Source of the DNA: the human T2T-CHM13v2.0 reference genome, Homo sapiens
Strand: one strand, 5' to 3'
Length of the DNA: 64,000 nt
Assembly: GCF_009914755.1 (NCBI RefSeq)
Contig: NC_060942.1
Shown: positions 13,603 to 27,539 of the stretch, piece by piece
Position numbering within the stretch: the stretch's first letter is position 1
Layout of the letters: each line of letters begins with the position of its first letter
The notes under the pieces: generated by a model
Told to the model about the DNA's origin: nothing
Database searches by the model: none
The model's input: only the letters and a program-made list of their open reading frames with translations
Translations under genes and position numbers: made by a program

Positions 13603-13837
13603 GAGGTGAAAGAACATCACATCACAATAGAGAATTTCTAGTGGAATCAGAACAATAATTAATTTTTCTAGCAATAATAAACCCAAGACCCTGAGTACTG
13701 AGAGGTCTTTCTCTTTTCCTGTGGAGCCCCTGGCATAAATATTGTCTAGGAATATAGAAATAAATGGTGATTTTGAAAGGACAATTTTCAAGGTACAGGA
13801 ATAGAAGGTGAAGAGAGAGCAAGAGGGAAAAGAGGGA

Positions 13838-13990
13838 AGTCAGAGAACCTTGGGTTTGAATCCTTTTGCTTAGTATTTATTCTTTAAATTTGGCAAGTTA
13901 AATTTATTATATTCTAGGTTTATATTTTGTAAAAAGTAATAATAAAAAGTTCTTTTAAAACTTGTGAAGAAATTAAATAATAAGAATAAA
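13838..13990 (+). mobile_element. MIR
   Basis: agtcagagaaccttgggtttgaatcc...ggcaagtta...tgtaaaaagtaataata...ttgtgaagaaattaaat. Confidence 0.65.
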
Positions 13991-14939
13991 ATCTGTGGTC
14001 CTTAACAGTAATTTTTTTATATAGTAAAATTTATCATTCCTTTCTTATGTTAGTAAAAACGGCTAAAAGAAGTTGAAATAAGATCACACTCATTTTGTTA
14101 TTGTTGTTTATTTTTCTCCCTGCCATTGGTCAGAACTACTTTTGTGTTTTGTTCCCCCAAACTGTCTCCCTAGCACATTGAAAGAAGGTTATCTCCTCAC
14201 TCCTCCCACCTCATCCTCACATTTGTAGTCAAGAGCAATTGCCTTTGTTAACATTACCCTTGCAATGGCACCATTTATAATAAGGGATCAACTCTTTCAA
14301 GTGCTATGTTTTGAAATGCAAAGATATATCTTATTATTTATTTGTCTTTCTTATTTATAAAAATGAGTATGCCTATGCATCTCAGTAGGTAAAGACAGAT
14401 ACCAGTTGCAAGGAGTGATTGTAAACTAAGATAGCAAAATCTGAATTCTGGCTCAGCCAGATCAAATGGAACTTTCTGCTGGAACTTTCAATGCACTGTT
14501 GGAATTTTCGATTCAAGGTGCACATTGATTCTTGTACATAGAGGAGAGGCAATGTCACACGTCTGGGAAAGGTTGGAAATTAATGATGCTCGTCTCACAC
14601 ATCATCAAGGGACATGAATATGATTGTCCCTCATACTCTCCCACTGAGTTTCCCATTTGTGGCCTGGGGGGAACAAAAGCCAAAGTGGAAAAGACCATGT
14701 CTAACACCAGTACAGGATGGTCTGGATATTTTGCATCAGTAAAAATAGAAAGAAATAAAGATATGAGTTTCTTCATTTCCTGAATGATAATTCAAGAAAT
14801 AACAGGGCAAAAAATTCTCAATAATAGGAAACATCAGAGAATAAAATTACTTTAGATAGGCAGAGATTGATTTGTGTTGAGGCCAGATAAGACCATTAAG
14901 CAATTTTTAGCCTTTCTATGCTGAATGTTTTCCATTTGC

Positions 14940-15368
14940 CTGTCGAGACGTATTTTCTAGCCTTTTCTACTCTGATCTCTGCCCAGAGGGGTTGACCCTT
15001 TTTTACTGTATCAACCAGGCTTCTTTGGTTTCTCACTTCTATTTGGGTTTGGTGAATGAGAGAAGAGCAAAATTCTGGGTATTACTTAGCTTATTCTGTA
15101 CATGAAGAACATGAGTTGTCAATGGCTGTGTTCTTCTATGAGGTAATAGCTATTGTAGGGTTATGCCTACCTGCTGGGTACAGCTGCAACTACTGCAAAA
15201 GCTGTTGCTACAGTTCTCTGAGTCCTGCTCATGCTTCCCTTCCCTTGTCTTTACTAGGCTACGCCTCTGAGTGCTTTGCCAACCCTCATTGCTTTCTCTA
15301 CTTATGCCTTTGTGAATAGTCCATTAATTTTTCCTCAATGGCTCCTGTTTCCAACCCTGACTGATATA
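14940..15368 (+). mobile_element. LTR33-like ERVL LTR
   Basis: ctctgcccagaggggttgacc...tttgggtttggtgaatg...cctttgtgaatagtcc...accctgactgatata. Confidence 0.7.
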
Positions 15369-16274
15369 TATACTGTGTTCCTCCTTTGGGGCTTACCATG
15401 TCACTCTGGATCCCACACTTGCTTTTGCGTTTTACACAAATGAGCTGAGCTAAAAGTAAGAGTTGAAATTGAGCCTCTGCTTCTCTTTGCCAGCTGTGTA
15501 CCTGTGTGCATAGCTGTCTCCATCTTGGAGGGGTGACTTTCAGACCCTTGCAAGAAGCCCCCTTCCAGGCTAGCAATGGTTCTGGTAACGCAATTCAGCA
15601 AATAGAAATGTTCTGTTTTCAGTGCCTTGTACTAGGCCCAGTAATATGGACTGGATAATTTTCCTGAGAAAAGAAGAAAGAAGCTGCTATATACCTGAAC
15701 CATGGTTAAACCACAATCAACTTCTCTCTAGCAAAAACAGCAAAGGAGCAGAGATTTTGCAGGAAGCAGAGAGAAGAACTGTTAAAAGCTATGTTTGTCC
15801 CTCCTTTTAAAGGACAAGCCATTCCCTTCCAGGTACTTAATTGTCTTGAGAACAAATCTTACATAGTCCAGTTTTAAATGATTAGCAACATTTATCACAA
15901 TATTTTCAACTAAGTCTACCAACTTTTTCCTTGAAAAGCTCAATGATAAGTAGCACACTTCTAGGTAATCTTCAAGGCCTGTAGCCAAAATGTTTTTTTC
16001 ATAAGGTAATTGTTACATTTTTTTCCTTCAGAGACATAATTGTGCATAGCCAAATGCTTTATGTTTTAATATAAAAGTTTCTAAATATTATTTAAATTAA
16101 AAATATCAGATTTTTACGTTTCTTCTGTTCCCTAAAAATTAAATAGACATCATACCATTTCATTTTGAGAAAAGTCCTTGGTCAAGGCTGGGACTCTGTA
16201 TATTCATTTCTCAATAGTTCAGCCAACATTTAGACACCCTAAGTTTAAGTTTAAAATATAAGAGCATTGCCTCT

Positions 16275-16276
<2 letters not shown>

Positions 16277-16316
<40 letters not shown>
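16277..16316. repeat. Pure T40 mononucleotide run
   Basis: 40 consecutive T; no adjacent Alu or L1 body recognised. Confidence 0.95.
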
Positions 16317-16319
<3 letters not shown>

Positions 16320-18204
16320 ATTTTTCCAACCTATCTTTATTTTAAAATAATACAATCTAAACTTTCCATACTATTTCCCAGTGTGGAATACTCCTCAATA
16401 ATTTTTAGAGATAGATATTTACTTATTTTAAAATAGAATTGCATACGTTTTCAGAATTTTGAAACATGAATTTAAGAGCTTTGATGTGAGCACCTGTTCT
16501 TTTTTAAATCCCCAGATGCAATCTTGCTTATACGAAAATTTATAAAAACTGATTTTCTCTAGGACACAGTGCGTTTTCTTCCCAATGTCTTGTCACAAAT
16601 CTAATAGTCACTCAAGATTCAAAACTGATTTTTTACTAACATGATCAGAACTGATAGCAAAATCGATCATCTCTTCCACTTTTATGGTTTATTGAACATA
16701 CTGCTTGTATTTTCTTATCTTCCTTATTTTTTTAAAAAAAGTTTTATTTTTTTAAACATGAGCAGAAATCTAAAAGCCTATGCATACTGCATTTTCTCTT
16801 CCAGAAGTATTTGTGTACAATTTGCTGTAAAATATAATATAAAGCACATCACAGCAAAATCTATTCATTTGCAAATCTTTCCCCCTAAATCCATATCATT
16901 CTACCCTTCCAATTTTCTCTTTCTTCCATCTCTTAGAATGTAATATTTAATTAACAATCATATATTTGGGTCTTATTTGATATCTGAACTCAGTCTCGCT
17001 CCTTCCTGCCTCCCTGAATGCCTATCTGTCTAGGTCTAGGTATAGTGTAATACCATGAATCATATACTTGAACATGAAGCTTAGTAATACTTAGTTTCAG
17101 TTGGGCAGCAGGACCTCATCAGAACCCAGAGAGCATAGGAGGAGAGTAAAGAGTGATGTGGGCTTTTTAGTTTGTTTGTTTGTTTTTTCTCTTTAGATTT
17201 GCAAGAAGAAAATCTAGTAGTAGACAAGTTTCAAAATAAAGAATATCCTGAGGTTATTTTCAGATTCAATTTTACAGTTGTAACATATTTAGATAAGTTA
17301 GAGGTTATTCTAACATGTGGATACTTCACTGAACTGAACCTCAAAAACTTTAGAGCTTTGCCCATCAATAAGGTAGCCTCCCTAAGAAATTTTATTTTTA
17401 ACTGTTATCTCTTTGAAGCTGCATACTTGATTTTTCTAAAGTTGTAGATGCATCATAAAATTGAACTGTTTGCGACGTATTTCCCTGGTGAAAAGTCAAT
17501 TACTAATGTTGTAGCTTTTGAAGAATTTGTTTGATGTTTAAAAAACATTCAAGGAAAAGAGAAAACAGGCAAACAAATTCAAAGTTTTCAGTTAAGTTCA
17601 GATGAGGATTCTCTTAATTAGTCCAGTAAACCTCAGGTTTTTTCCCCTAATAATGGGTTGAATCAGATTTATCTAAGTTTTAGTTCAAGCTATCCAAGTA
17701 TATTTGATATCAGAGATGCCTCTGTAATAATAGAATATCTTGTAGTTTTGTAAGTACAGTATCTAATACAGTCTCTAGAAATATTATTTCTTTTTATATA
17801 GCTGCAGATTATATCCAATTCTCAAGTTTTTAGAAAAAAGAGGAGCAGTAAATTGAGAAAAATTTTGTTGTAGTTACTGTGATAAGCAAAAATGAAATAT
17901 ACAGAAATGGAATTTTCTTAGTTTCCAAATCCTTTCAAGATTATCTTCAGAAGCAGCAGGAACCAAAAACCAAATAGCAACAAAATAAACAGCACTGAGG
18001 GTACTGACCTGGCAGTACACCCAAGTTCTCAGCACACTAAATGGATTAGGATATTTATTAAGAGAATTTGAAATCTCCCTTGCCTAAGTAAGTAGTGCTG
18101 TAACCAGTATGTCACAGGTTTTATTTGTCATCTTAGTTGTTAAATATATAGTAACACCCTAAGTCTCAGAATGTTTAGAACCTACTTGCTTCCATCAAAA
18201 AGTT

Positions 18205-18697
18205 CTGTCTCAGATAACATCCAGTTAATGTCGAAATCAGAGAAAGAGAAACCTCTCAAGGCACTTACAACAGAGAGAATTTAATTTAGGGGATTCATTA
18301 CATAATTGGTGATGAGTATGAGAGGCTGATGGAAATGGTAAAGCAACCAAGAGATCAGTTACATTAGGAAGAAGCTGTCACCCATACAATGGATCAAGAA
18401 AGAGAAAAAACAGCATTATCAAAACCCAGCAGCCTGTCCTGTGGAAGATGGGTCCAAGAGATGTGGCCAACTCCACAGATGCCATTTAATGCAGGGAAAA
18501 AGAGGGGGAAAAACCTTGACAGAGCTCTTCCTCCTGCCCTCCAACCTTCCATGTTTGCTTTGCATTGGCCAAACCCAGTTGGAATCCAGCTGCTATAAGA
18601 GCCCAGAAATCCAAGCCTGTCAGAGCCATCCCTCTTGATAATTGGAACAGGAGGCAGAGCAACACATCTTAGAATAAACAGGCCTAGAATTGGTACT
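18205..18697 (-). mobile_element. Ancient LTR (LTR78-like)
   Basis: aacagagagaatttaatttagggg...ttggccaaacccagttggaatccagctg; subfamily uncertain. Confidence 0.55.
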
Positions 18698-18892
18698 GTG
18701 ACTCAGTGGTACTCCAGGCCCCAGTGTGTGGGTTTTAGGCAGGCTCACCTCCACCCTAACACTGCATAGTTCTTTTTCTGGTGGTACCACATCTTAGGTT
18801 AAATGAAGAGAGGAGAGTTTATCCTTTCCTTATTTCCTAGCTATAATCACAATCTTTTTGCTGTCAAAGCATCCTACATAAAATGTCCTTGC

Positions 18893-18939
18893 TGTCCAGC
18901 AAGTCATGTCCAGCAAGTCATGTCTAGCAAGTCATGTCC
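18893..18939. repeat. 14-bp tandem repeat, about 3.4 copies
   Basis: (tgtccagcaagtca)x2, then tgtctagcaagtca and tgtcc. Confidence 0.9.
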
Positions 18940-21284
18940 TTGCCGTTTAAACCCAGCAGCTGAATAGCAATGCCCAGCCTCTCTTTTCAAATAGATTGTC
19001 ACCTGTCCCTGCCATCTGTGAGGACTTATAGGACTGCCCTGCAATACTCCCTGAACGCACGCCTGCCACTAGTTCTCAGTCAGCCTCTTCCTTGTTCATA
19101 CATTTACACAGACTCTTTATTGTTTTTTACTCCAATCCAACTTTCTTCAGAATTCTTCAACTCATCATCATCAGGTCTCAGTATTTCCGAACTCCAATTA
19201 TGGATAGAAATAAAACTATTTTTCACAAACAACTGTCTCACCTACAACTAGAAATTCTGTCTCGGAGCATTCCTATGACACTTGCAAAGTTCAGTTCTTG
19301 AACCATTATAAGGCATTTAGGAGGCTGGCCATCACATAAAATAGCGAGGGGTGGTATTGCCTCCTTCATTCTCCAAACTGACTCTCATTGCTGGCCTTTT
19401 CAACATAACTTATCATGGTGGTTTACTAGCTACAACATCTTTGGCAACAATCAGGCCTCCCAGGTCAGTGGCCACCCAGAGCTTTCAGCAGAGCCTGAGT
19501 AGAAGTTGTTGCATGTGGCCAGCAGTTTGCATACTACACGACTCCAAAGTGCCACTCTTAAGTATGGTGTCCCAGGAGTTGTGCATCTGGGTGACCCTGC
19601 CTATGCACATAAAGATGTTAAACAAGTCCTTGTTAAGTGGTAAATCGGTCAGGGAGATTAGCAAAGCCTGATAATATAGAGCACGATAGGTATCATTATG
19701 TGGAAATAGGTTTTATGGAGAAATGGATATTGGTAAATCATCCTAAGGATTTTGCTGGTTAAAAAATTGCATTTTGCTTGAATGATAATAGGATATGAAA
19801 TTGCCAGAGGAATGCTATTAATGAATTAGGGTCCACATACTCTACTCAATTAAATTATATAAAAAGGCATGTTGAACATAATGAAGCATCATCTAATTAG
19901 AAGGTTCATAAAGGTCTTTCAAAATCAGGGATATCATGGAAACTTCTGCCTTAGGACACTGTCATTGCAAGTGTCCTTTCTGCCCCAAACCATCATTAGT
20001 TTTTGCCCTAAATTGCAGACATCTGGGTATGTTAGACATTTCTTTCCCTCCCTCTTAAGCAGAAGCAGCATTTCTTTTCATTGTCTTTTATCTCTGCTGG
20101 TGCAGTATGAATGGACATTAATCCTGTACAATCTCGTTATGTACATTGAACCTTGTATTGTTTATCTTCCTAGGTTTTGTTTAATTTCTTATACATCACT
20201 CACCTTTTGAGATACCAGTCTCAACTGAATCAATTTTTAATTTTTGTTTTTCCACTTCTTATTCTTCTATCACCCCAATCACTAAAGCCAGCAGCACCGA
20301 AACATATCTGTGTGGGCTTGCAAATGATGGGGTACAGGGAGTTTATGATATTTTCACAGAGATAGCAATTCTTGAGTGGCCAAGAGAAGTCATGAATACA
20401 TACTAAGTATTTTTAGACAAGGCATATATAACTAATCATGTTGTCTAAGATATGGCCCTTAGCCTTGAAAGGAAAGAAACTTTGTATAGTATTCTGGGAC
20501 TGAAGAGATACAATTGTGCATATTCAAACTCTCTAATCTTCTGTCAATATAACTGACACTTAGTAAAATAACTGCCAAAGAGCCTGGATGAATATGTGCC
20601 CTGACCACCAGTCTCTGTAGTACTGCTGAATCGGAAGTCAAATTATAATCAGAAATTTAATTAGCAAACATGGAAACAGAAAATGTTAATATTCCTTACA
20701 TGAGGAAGAGTTAATCACACCTGAGCACAAGGGCACCCTCTACTCTGGGGTGGATTTAGATGAGCATTTCTAGTCGACCTTCTCTTTATCTGAGATTGCA
20801 TTGTTGATCACTGATTACCTTTTATTTCTTCTACATACATACTTCTTCCGTCAGGCTATGATTCTGTCATACATAGCCAGGGACGCATTCTAATGCCATA
20901 AGAAATTTGTGCGTTTTTTAAATTGGGCATTATGTATTTATTAATTTAGCACCTAGAGGACATTTTTGCTTCCCTTATTTCAAAGCTCTTGGAGGTAGCA
21001 CAGTATTGCTGTAAGTAACTTTTTGGTTTTTGCTTGGAAACTAAAGGTAGCATAATATAATATATTAATACATTCATATGAAAAATATGTAAAACATTGC
21101 ATTTGACTTAATGTAGTGAAACTATCAAGGAGACAGTTATTTACATGTGTAAATCTAGTTGCACAATAAAGGACACTCCTAAGTGACATTTGATTAATTT
21201 TGTTATTGCATTGTAATTCTATTGATATCTAAATATACACAGTTGTTTCTCTCACACATGGTCTATCGTATTACCTTTCTGACG

Positions 21285-21402
21285 ATCTGAACATTCTTTA
21301 ACTGTAATCATGGCTCTTTAATACACAGAAAAGTTTTATTTCTATCTGAACATTCTTTAACTGTAATCATGGCTCTTTAATACATAGAAAAGTTTTATTT
21401 CT
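21285..21402. repeat. 59-bp tandem duplication
   Basis: atctgaacattctttaactgtaatcatggctctttaataca(c/t)agaaaagttttatttct occurs twice (21285-21343, 21344-21402) with one mismatch. Confidence 0.95.
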
Positions 21403-21863
21403 TTCAGCAAATAATCTCCTGGCCAGCTACGTTCAGAGTTCCTGGCTCCCTTTACCTGCTTTGTCTCTGAAAGCATCTCTTTTGCAAAACACTGGAATGT
21501 TCTGCTGCTCTTCTCTCCATATGTCCCCCACAACTCTTTGTCTGCCACAGATCCCATGTCTCCTACATAAGAGGAGAAATTCTTTGACATTTAAAATTCT
21601 ATTAAGCACACCAGAATAGAATTTAAAAACATGCATATGAAAACTATCATCATGTAATCATGGAAACATTTCCAAACAAATACAAACACACATAAAGAGA
21701 GGGAGAATAAACATTGACCAATTAATTATATGTGGGTTCAGAATTATGTGTTATATTTCATGCCTTCATTTTTTTCTGTATTTTCAGGTTATATATCATA
21801 AATACAGACTTATTTTTATATGAGAAGAAACAGGTATTCTTTTTCTTTAAGGCATATGGATAC

Positions 21864-21925
21864 GTGAATGTGTGTGAATATGCGTGTGTATGTGTGAATA
21901 AGAGAGAGAGAGAGAGAGAGGGAGA
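21864..21925. repeat. Degenerate (TG)n followed by (AG)n
   Basis: Direct reading. Confidence 0.85.
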
Positions 21926-22989
21926 ATGAGATTTCCTCTCTACACAAGTTTTGCTTAATTTAAGGCAGTAACTTTCATGAAGTGCTAGGCAAAGGATCTG
22001 GGTAAGAAAGACAATGACATGTCCTCTACTTGTGGAATATCAGGGAACAAAGATTTTGAGTAGTTACACTCTCCTCTTCTCTCCTCTAAGGCTATCAGCC
22101 TTTTCTTCCCCGTGGATGTTCAGTACATATTCCCAAACATAAAAAGAGTAAGAACTAATTTACATTTATAATATGACATATTTATTATATCATTAGCATT
22201 TTATTATAAAAATGAATTTATTTTCAATGTATGCCTTTAAAGGATTTGCTGCTTTTTAAAGTATCATTATATTATGTCTTAGGGTTAAATTGTGTTTCTG
22301 TTTGCTTCTAAAAAAAAATCTTTAATTTTATAATTGAAATCAGTAGAAATCTAAAATTTACTGCCTACAACTTAAAGCATAGACATATTTATCTTTAATA
22401 TCCCTGTACATTAGTGTGTACATTATTTAATTTCTATACATTTAAATATAATTATATTCAACTTCTTAAAGTAAGGAATATTGGTACTCTTAAATATACA
22501 CTGATAATATTTTCTAAATAAAACTTACGTATAAACAATCTGACCAAAATGCAAACAAAAAGACACACTATATGGAATTGGACTCGCCTTAGGAAATCAA
22601 GAAATACGTAGCGAAACATGACCTGTGAGTGGAGTGTCCGCAGGATGACCTTTCTTCACATAGCTATAGTTCTTCAGTGAAATACATTTTGTTCTCCATT
22701 CCAAATTAAGCAAGCTTAAAAAAAAGCCATAATATAGCTTTTGATTTTACCACAGTGGTTTTCATTACTTTCAGAGCTAAAGCTCTCCAGGTTGTTTCTG
22801 TTGAATTGCTTGCTTTTAAACCTGTTTAATTAACAATCTTGATGTACTAGAGTTTATCTGAAGGAAGGTATGACATACGTTATCCTACTGTATGGCCAGT
22901 CTATGCATGTCATCTCGGAAAGTAAAAACTCAGCCCAAAATTTGACCAGGTTTCATCACATAAATTAAATAAAAGAAAGAAAACAAAAT

Positions 22990-23228
22990 AAAGGTCTCAG
23001 AGTGAAGTCTCTGGTTTTAGATTTCTTACGTTCAAATTCTTGCTCTACCTATTACTAGGTTTATAATTTTTGTAAAATTATAAACACTCTGTGTTAGTTT
23101 GTGTATTTGTTAAATGGAAATAATGCCAATTTTATGTGGTTAATGTAAGGATTAGATGGCACAATTCATTTAAAATCAGGGCATAAGGCCTATAATAAAG
23201 AACACTCCAAACATGTTTATTATTATTT
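22990..23228 (+). mobile_element. MIR, near full length
   Basis: gttcaaattcttgctctacctattactagg...taaatggaaataatg...gtaaggattagatgg...tgtttattattatt. Confidence 0.7.
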
Positions 23229-23732
23229 TTGCAGTGGTAATGGCATATGGTTTTGTATCCAGTAGCCAATCTGACATTGAACAGCAGGAAGATACTTTTA
23301 AAAAGTGAATATTTAAGAGTTTAAATCTCTAAATGATTCCCATCTGAGTCATGTGATAAATTAAAAACTGATTTGTTACCACTTTTCTTAAAGGTTTAAT
23401 TTGGAAAATTGGAATGAGAACAAATCCAACCACTAAATATTAAAGAGAAAAAAAGATTTCAAGAAATGGAGTAGAAATGACTTTAGTTAGAATTCTTGCC
23501 TTGGCCAATAATTAGAGCAAGATGTTTTGCCCCAATGACGGTGATTAAAAGTATATCCTTTTTTTTGCCCTGAATATTAAACATGTTAGGATATGCATTT
23601 TACTTTAATGTGAATTTCTCCCTCCTTGTTTTCTAAGGATATCATGTCAGTGGTATTTTTATTTGCTAGTGTATTGTACTAATGTTTGGTCAGAAATCAT
23701 AAGGGACTGCTGTGAAGCATCTTTCCTGTTGT

Positions 23733-23766
23733 CCTTAACATTTATGGAGCCTTAACATTTATGGAG
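23733..23766. repeat. Perfect 17-bp tandem duplication
   Basis: ccttaacatttatggag twice. Confidence 0.9.
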
Positions 23767-24808
23767 AGTGTATCTTATGTACATCTCTGACCCCATCATC
23801 CATTTTTTTTCCACTCTCCTTTATGAAAATTCACTACCGCTATTAAAGCCTTGTCTCCTTGGTGAGGTGTGTGTCTTGTGACTGTGCTGGTGAATTTTGC
23901 CTTCTTTTGACCCCTCCCAATCAACGGATACCGACAGTGAAATTCCTACTCAGGCGTTGAGATGTTCATCTGAATTGAAGTTTGATGTTCACCCATCACT
24001 TCCCTGAAGGCACTGACAGCCTCAGACTTTCATCTGCCAGCTCACCCTTCCTCCTAGCAGACACAAGCAGATTAACATATCCCCAAGAGGCTGATGTCTT
24101 TAGTTGCTGAAGCCACTCGATTCTTATTACCTGACAGTGTTCTGTAGTGAGACATTTATTTTCAAGTGCTACCTGCTAGGATATCTTCATGAGATACATG
24201 TGTCATTTTTGATGGGGGGCCCCAAAGGGGACAACAGCTCCAGGCTTCTCAGGTTTGCCTGGAGCTGTCAAGATTTACCCAGTGTAAATCTTGGTGGTGG
24301 CCCTTCTCTCGCTTTAGATTCCAAGTTCAGACCCAGTTTACTCTATTAAAAAGTAACGTAAACTATAGGAAGTGACATAGCAGTAGTTGGGTACAGTCAT
24401 TGGGGAACTCAAACAATGTGAAGTTTGTGGTCCTGAATGATATAATGTGGCTGTCTACACAGACTTAAATCTCAGGATAATTGTCCTTCTTCATTTCTTT
24501 GTGACAAGAGTCCTGGCCTCAGCAGCAGAGCGTGTCACTCTGGCAACTTCTGCCACTTTGTTGTGGTGATTGTGAGTTGATGCTTGACACTGATGAGGTC
24601 TAATTTCCCAGTGGACTTTGGGAAGGGTCTGACAGTGGTGTGGATCACTGTTCTTGCATACAGGAGCTATTTATATCATTTTCCTCTGTGTTCAAAGAGG
24701 ATACTATGGGCAGAAGTTGCTATCTGTTTCTTTGTGTTTGTGTATGTGTGTGTTTGCGTGCATGTGCATGCCTATGTGTGTACCTAAAAATGTTGATATG
24801 CATTTTAA

Positions 24809-25117
<309 letters not shown>

Positions 25118-25264
25118 TAGTAGTCTCTTTTATCTTATCCCAGAAATATATATCATATTAGTATCTGGCAACAGTGGGGCAGGATAGGCCAAGAGGACTG
25201 GAATGGGGCTGGGAAACAAGCTAGCAGGTGAAAATCAGTTCTGCTGCTCTAAAGCACCTTCAGT

Positions 25265-25430
25265 TAACAGAGCATTTTTATTCGATTTGCAAACATTCCT
25301 ATGATACAAAAGACTATAGGGTGCTGTGATCAATTCCACATTTCAAATGAGGAAAATAAAAATTACAGATATTTGGTCATGTATTCTAGAGATCTGATGA
25401 AACCTGGACACCAGCTTTCTCTGGTTTCAA
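25265..25430 (-). mobile_element. MIR relic
   Basis: ccacatttcaaatgaggaaaataaa. Confidence 0.5.
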
Positions 25431-25447
25431 TATTCGTGGAATGAACT

Positions 25448-25640
25448 ACTTCGCCCTCAAAGATCTTATAGTTCAGTGGGAGGATTAAATAACTACGAAA
25501 ATGTAAAAAAAAAACAAAAAAAAAAAACAAAAAAAAACTATGCTGTTATAGGTGCAAGAGTAGAACTATGTAGAAGGTTTAGTAGAAGAATAGAAGAAAC
25601 AAGAAGAAAGATGTAATAATTCAACTGAGATTGGGGGAGG
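25448..25640 (-). mobile_element. L2 relic
   Basis: gccctcaaagatcttatagttcagtgggag...tgctgttatagg. Confidence 0.5.
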
Positions 25641-27334
25641 TGGTGATCAAGATAGATTCAAATAACCAAATATTCATTTGGAAATTTCTTTGATATGAAA
25701 GAGAACTGTTGGCATTCGACAAGCTTCATTAAACTACACTCCAAATATAAAAAATTGCTTTGGTTAAAGACCATTGAAGAAGCTTTATTTAAACTTATTG
25801 TAATAAACTTTGTGAGAGCTTTCCTATAATGATTGAGTGTAATTGTTGCAATGGACTGTGAGGCATTATGATGGATTCTAACAAAAATGAGAATTTGCAC
25901 ATCCATTATGACTTTCAAGTATGATGAATTTTTAAACTACATAGAAATGGGGCAGTCAATTGAAAGAAGATTGCCAGGCAGCATTACAGATGTTCGTGGC
26001 TTAGGAATTTGATATAAGCAGTGAAGAAGCCGATTCCAGCCACACAGAGAGTAAGCTGAGCTGGTGAATACTCCCCTATTTTTATGTTTGAAACATCTGA
26101 CTACACAGAGGAAAGCATTGAAGGTCCATAGATTTTAATACTGTGGTGATAGAAAAGCAATATTTTAATGGCCTTTGGGTCTGATTCATCTGTAGTAGAT
26201 GGGTAAGAAGTATGATCAAATGTAGCATAGCTGACACATTGCTTTTCAGAAGCCAGATCTTATTCAGAGGACCTTCTGAAGATCTCTGAGAGAAGTGGAG
26301 AATTGTATTCCTGGTGTATATTACATGGTTGCATCTGCTTACTCAATAGGGCTGCTCTCTATTTCCAAGACGTCTGTTTTTATCAGCAGGTGGAGAAACT
26401 ACCAAATTGAAACTGATGGTGTAAACAGGTAGCAGGGTGGCAGGACTTAGGAAGTGTTGATGGAGTATCTAAGAATCAGAGAGAGACCCTGTGATTTTTT
26501 AAATGTGATGTAAATATTGTTATGATCAGTGAGATTTAGACTAACAGCTTCAAAGTGAAGGTCTCATCATAAGGCTCTGCAAACATCTGAAAGTCAATCA
26601 CAAACCAGGTGCTTATTATTCGTGAAGTTAAAAACTTCATATATATAATTCCTTCAGCTACAATGGGGTTCCCCCAAAACTATGAATCTCTCTGAGCTTT
26701 CCCTCCACTTATGTCCATCTGTCTCCCTGTCATCCAGTCTCAAAGGCTCAAAGATTTCTGTTGCTCCCGCATTTTGAGAAAGTTGCTAATGGGTTCTTTC
26801 TCCCTAACATGTTGAACCCCCGTTTCCCATTCCAATATCACTTCTATTGTTCAGATCCCCAGCACCCTTCATTTGTGAGACTATAATAGTCTTCTCTGTA
26901 AACTCCATGCCTCATTGCCTCTACTGTCAGCCTTTCATATAAACCAGTATAGGTTAGTTAACCTTCCTAACATGGAAACTCATACGGCTTCATTTTTGTG
27001 CTTATAACAAACAAATAAAAAAAAGACAAACAAAAAAACTAAAATTTCTACTGAAGAACCTCAAAAAAGCTCCAAATACCATTCTAACTTTGTTTTACAA
27101 TAGTTTTTTATATGCCATAGACAATAGCACTTAGCAAAGTACTCTTCCTGACGTTTACTTGGCTCTTACTTTAATACGATTTCATTTCCTCTTGTACTGT
27201 AGATTATCTTTGGGCCCAACCTTCACATGGACCAATACCACATATTAATAAATGTTCACATCAAGAACTGCATATTCTAAGTGGCACTGGGAAATGGGAG
27301 ATTTGTTTTTGATATGGAATAGGTTTTCATGATA

Positions 27335-27539
27335 AAGAGTTCAAGTCCTGATAATGCTGCTTCCTAGCTGTGTAACCTTGAAAAGCTGCTTTGCCTCTCT
27401 GTGCCTATTTATGCTACTGATCCATAAAACAGAGAAAACAAAAGTAGTTTTCTCATATCGTTATGAAGACTAAGCTAGTTTGTATATGTAAAGTGCTTTG
27501 AACAATGCACATAGTAAGACAGATTAAGCACTATATTAG
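27335..27539 (+). mobile_element. MIR, interrupted near its 3' end by MLT2A1
   Basis: gttcaagtcctg...ctagctgtgtaaccttg...tgtaaagtgctttgaaca...cacatagtaag; resumes after the LTR as gttagcataatgatt. Confidence 0.8.

Noticed and set aside
19351-19671. 106-aa ORF in a GC-richer patch, possibly ERV internal sequence
   Set aside because: No gag/pol/env motif or repeat family that I could assign with confidence
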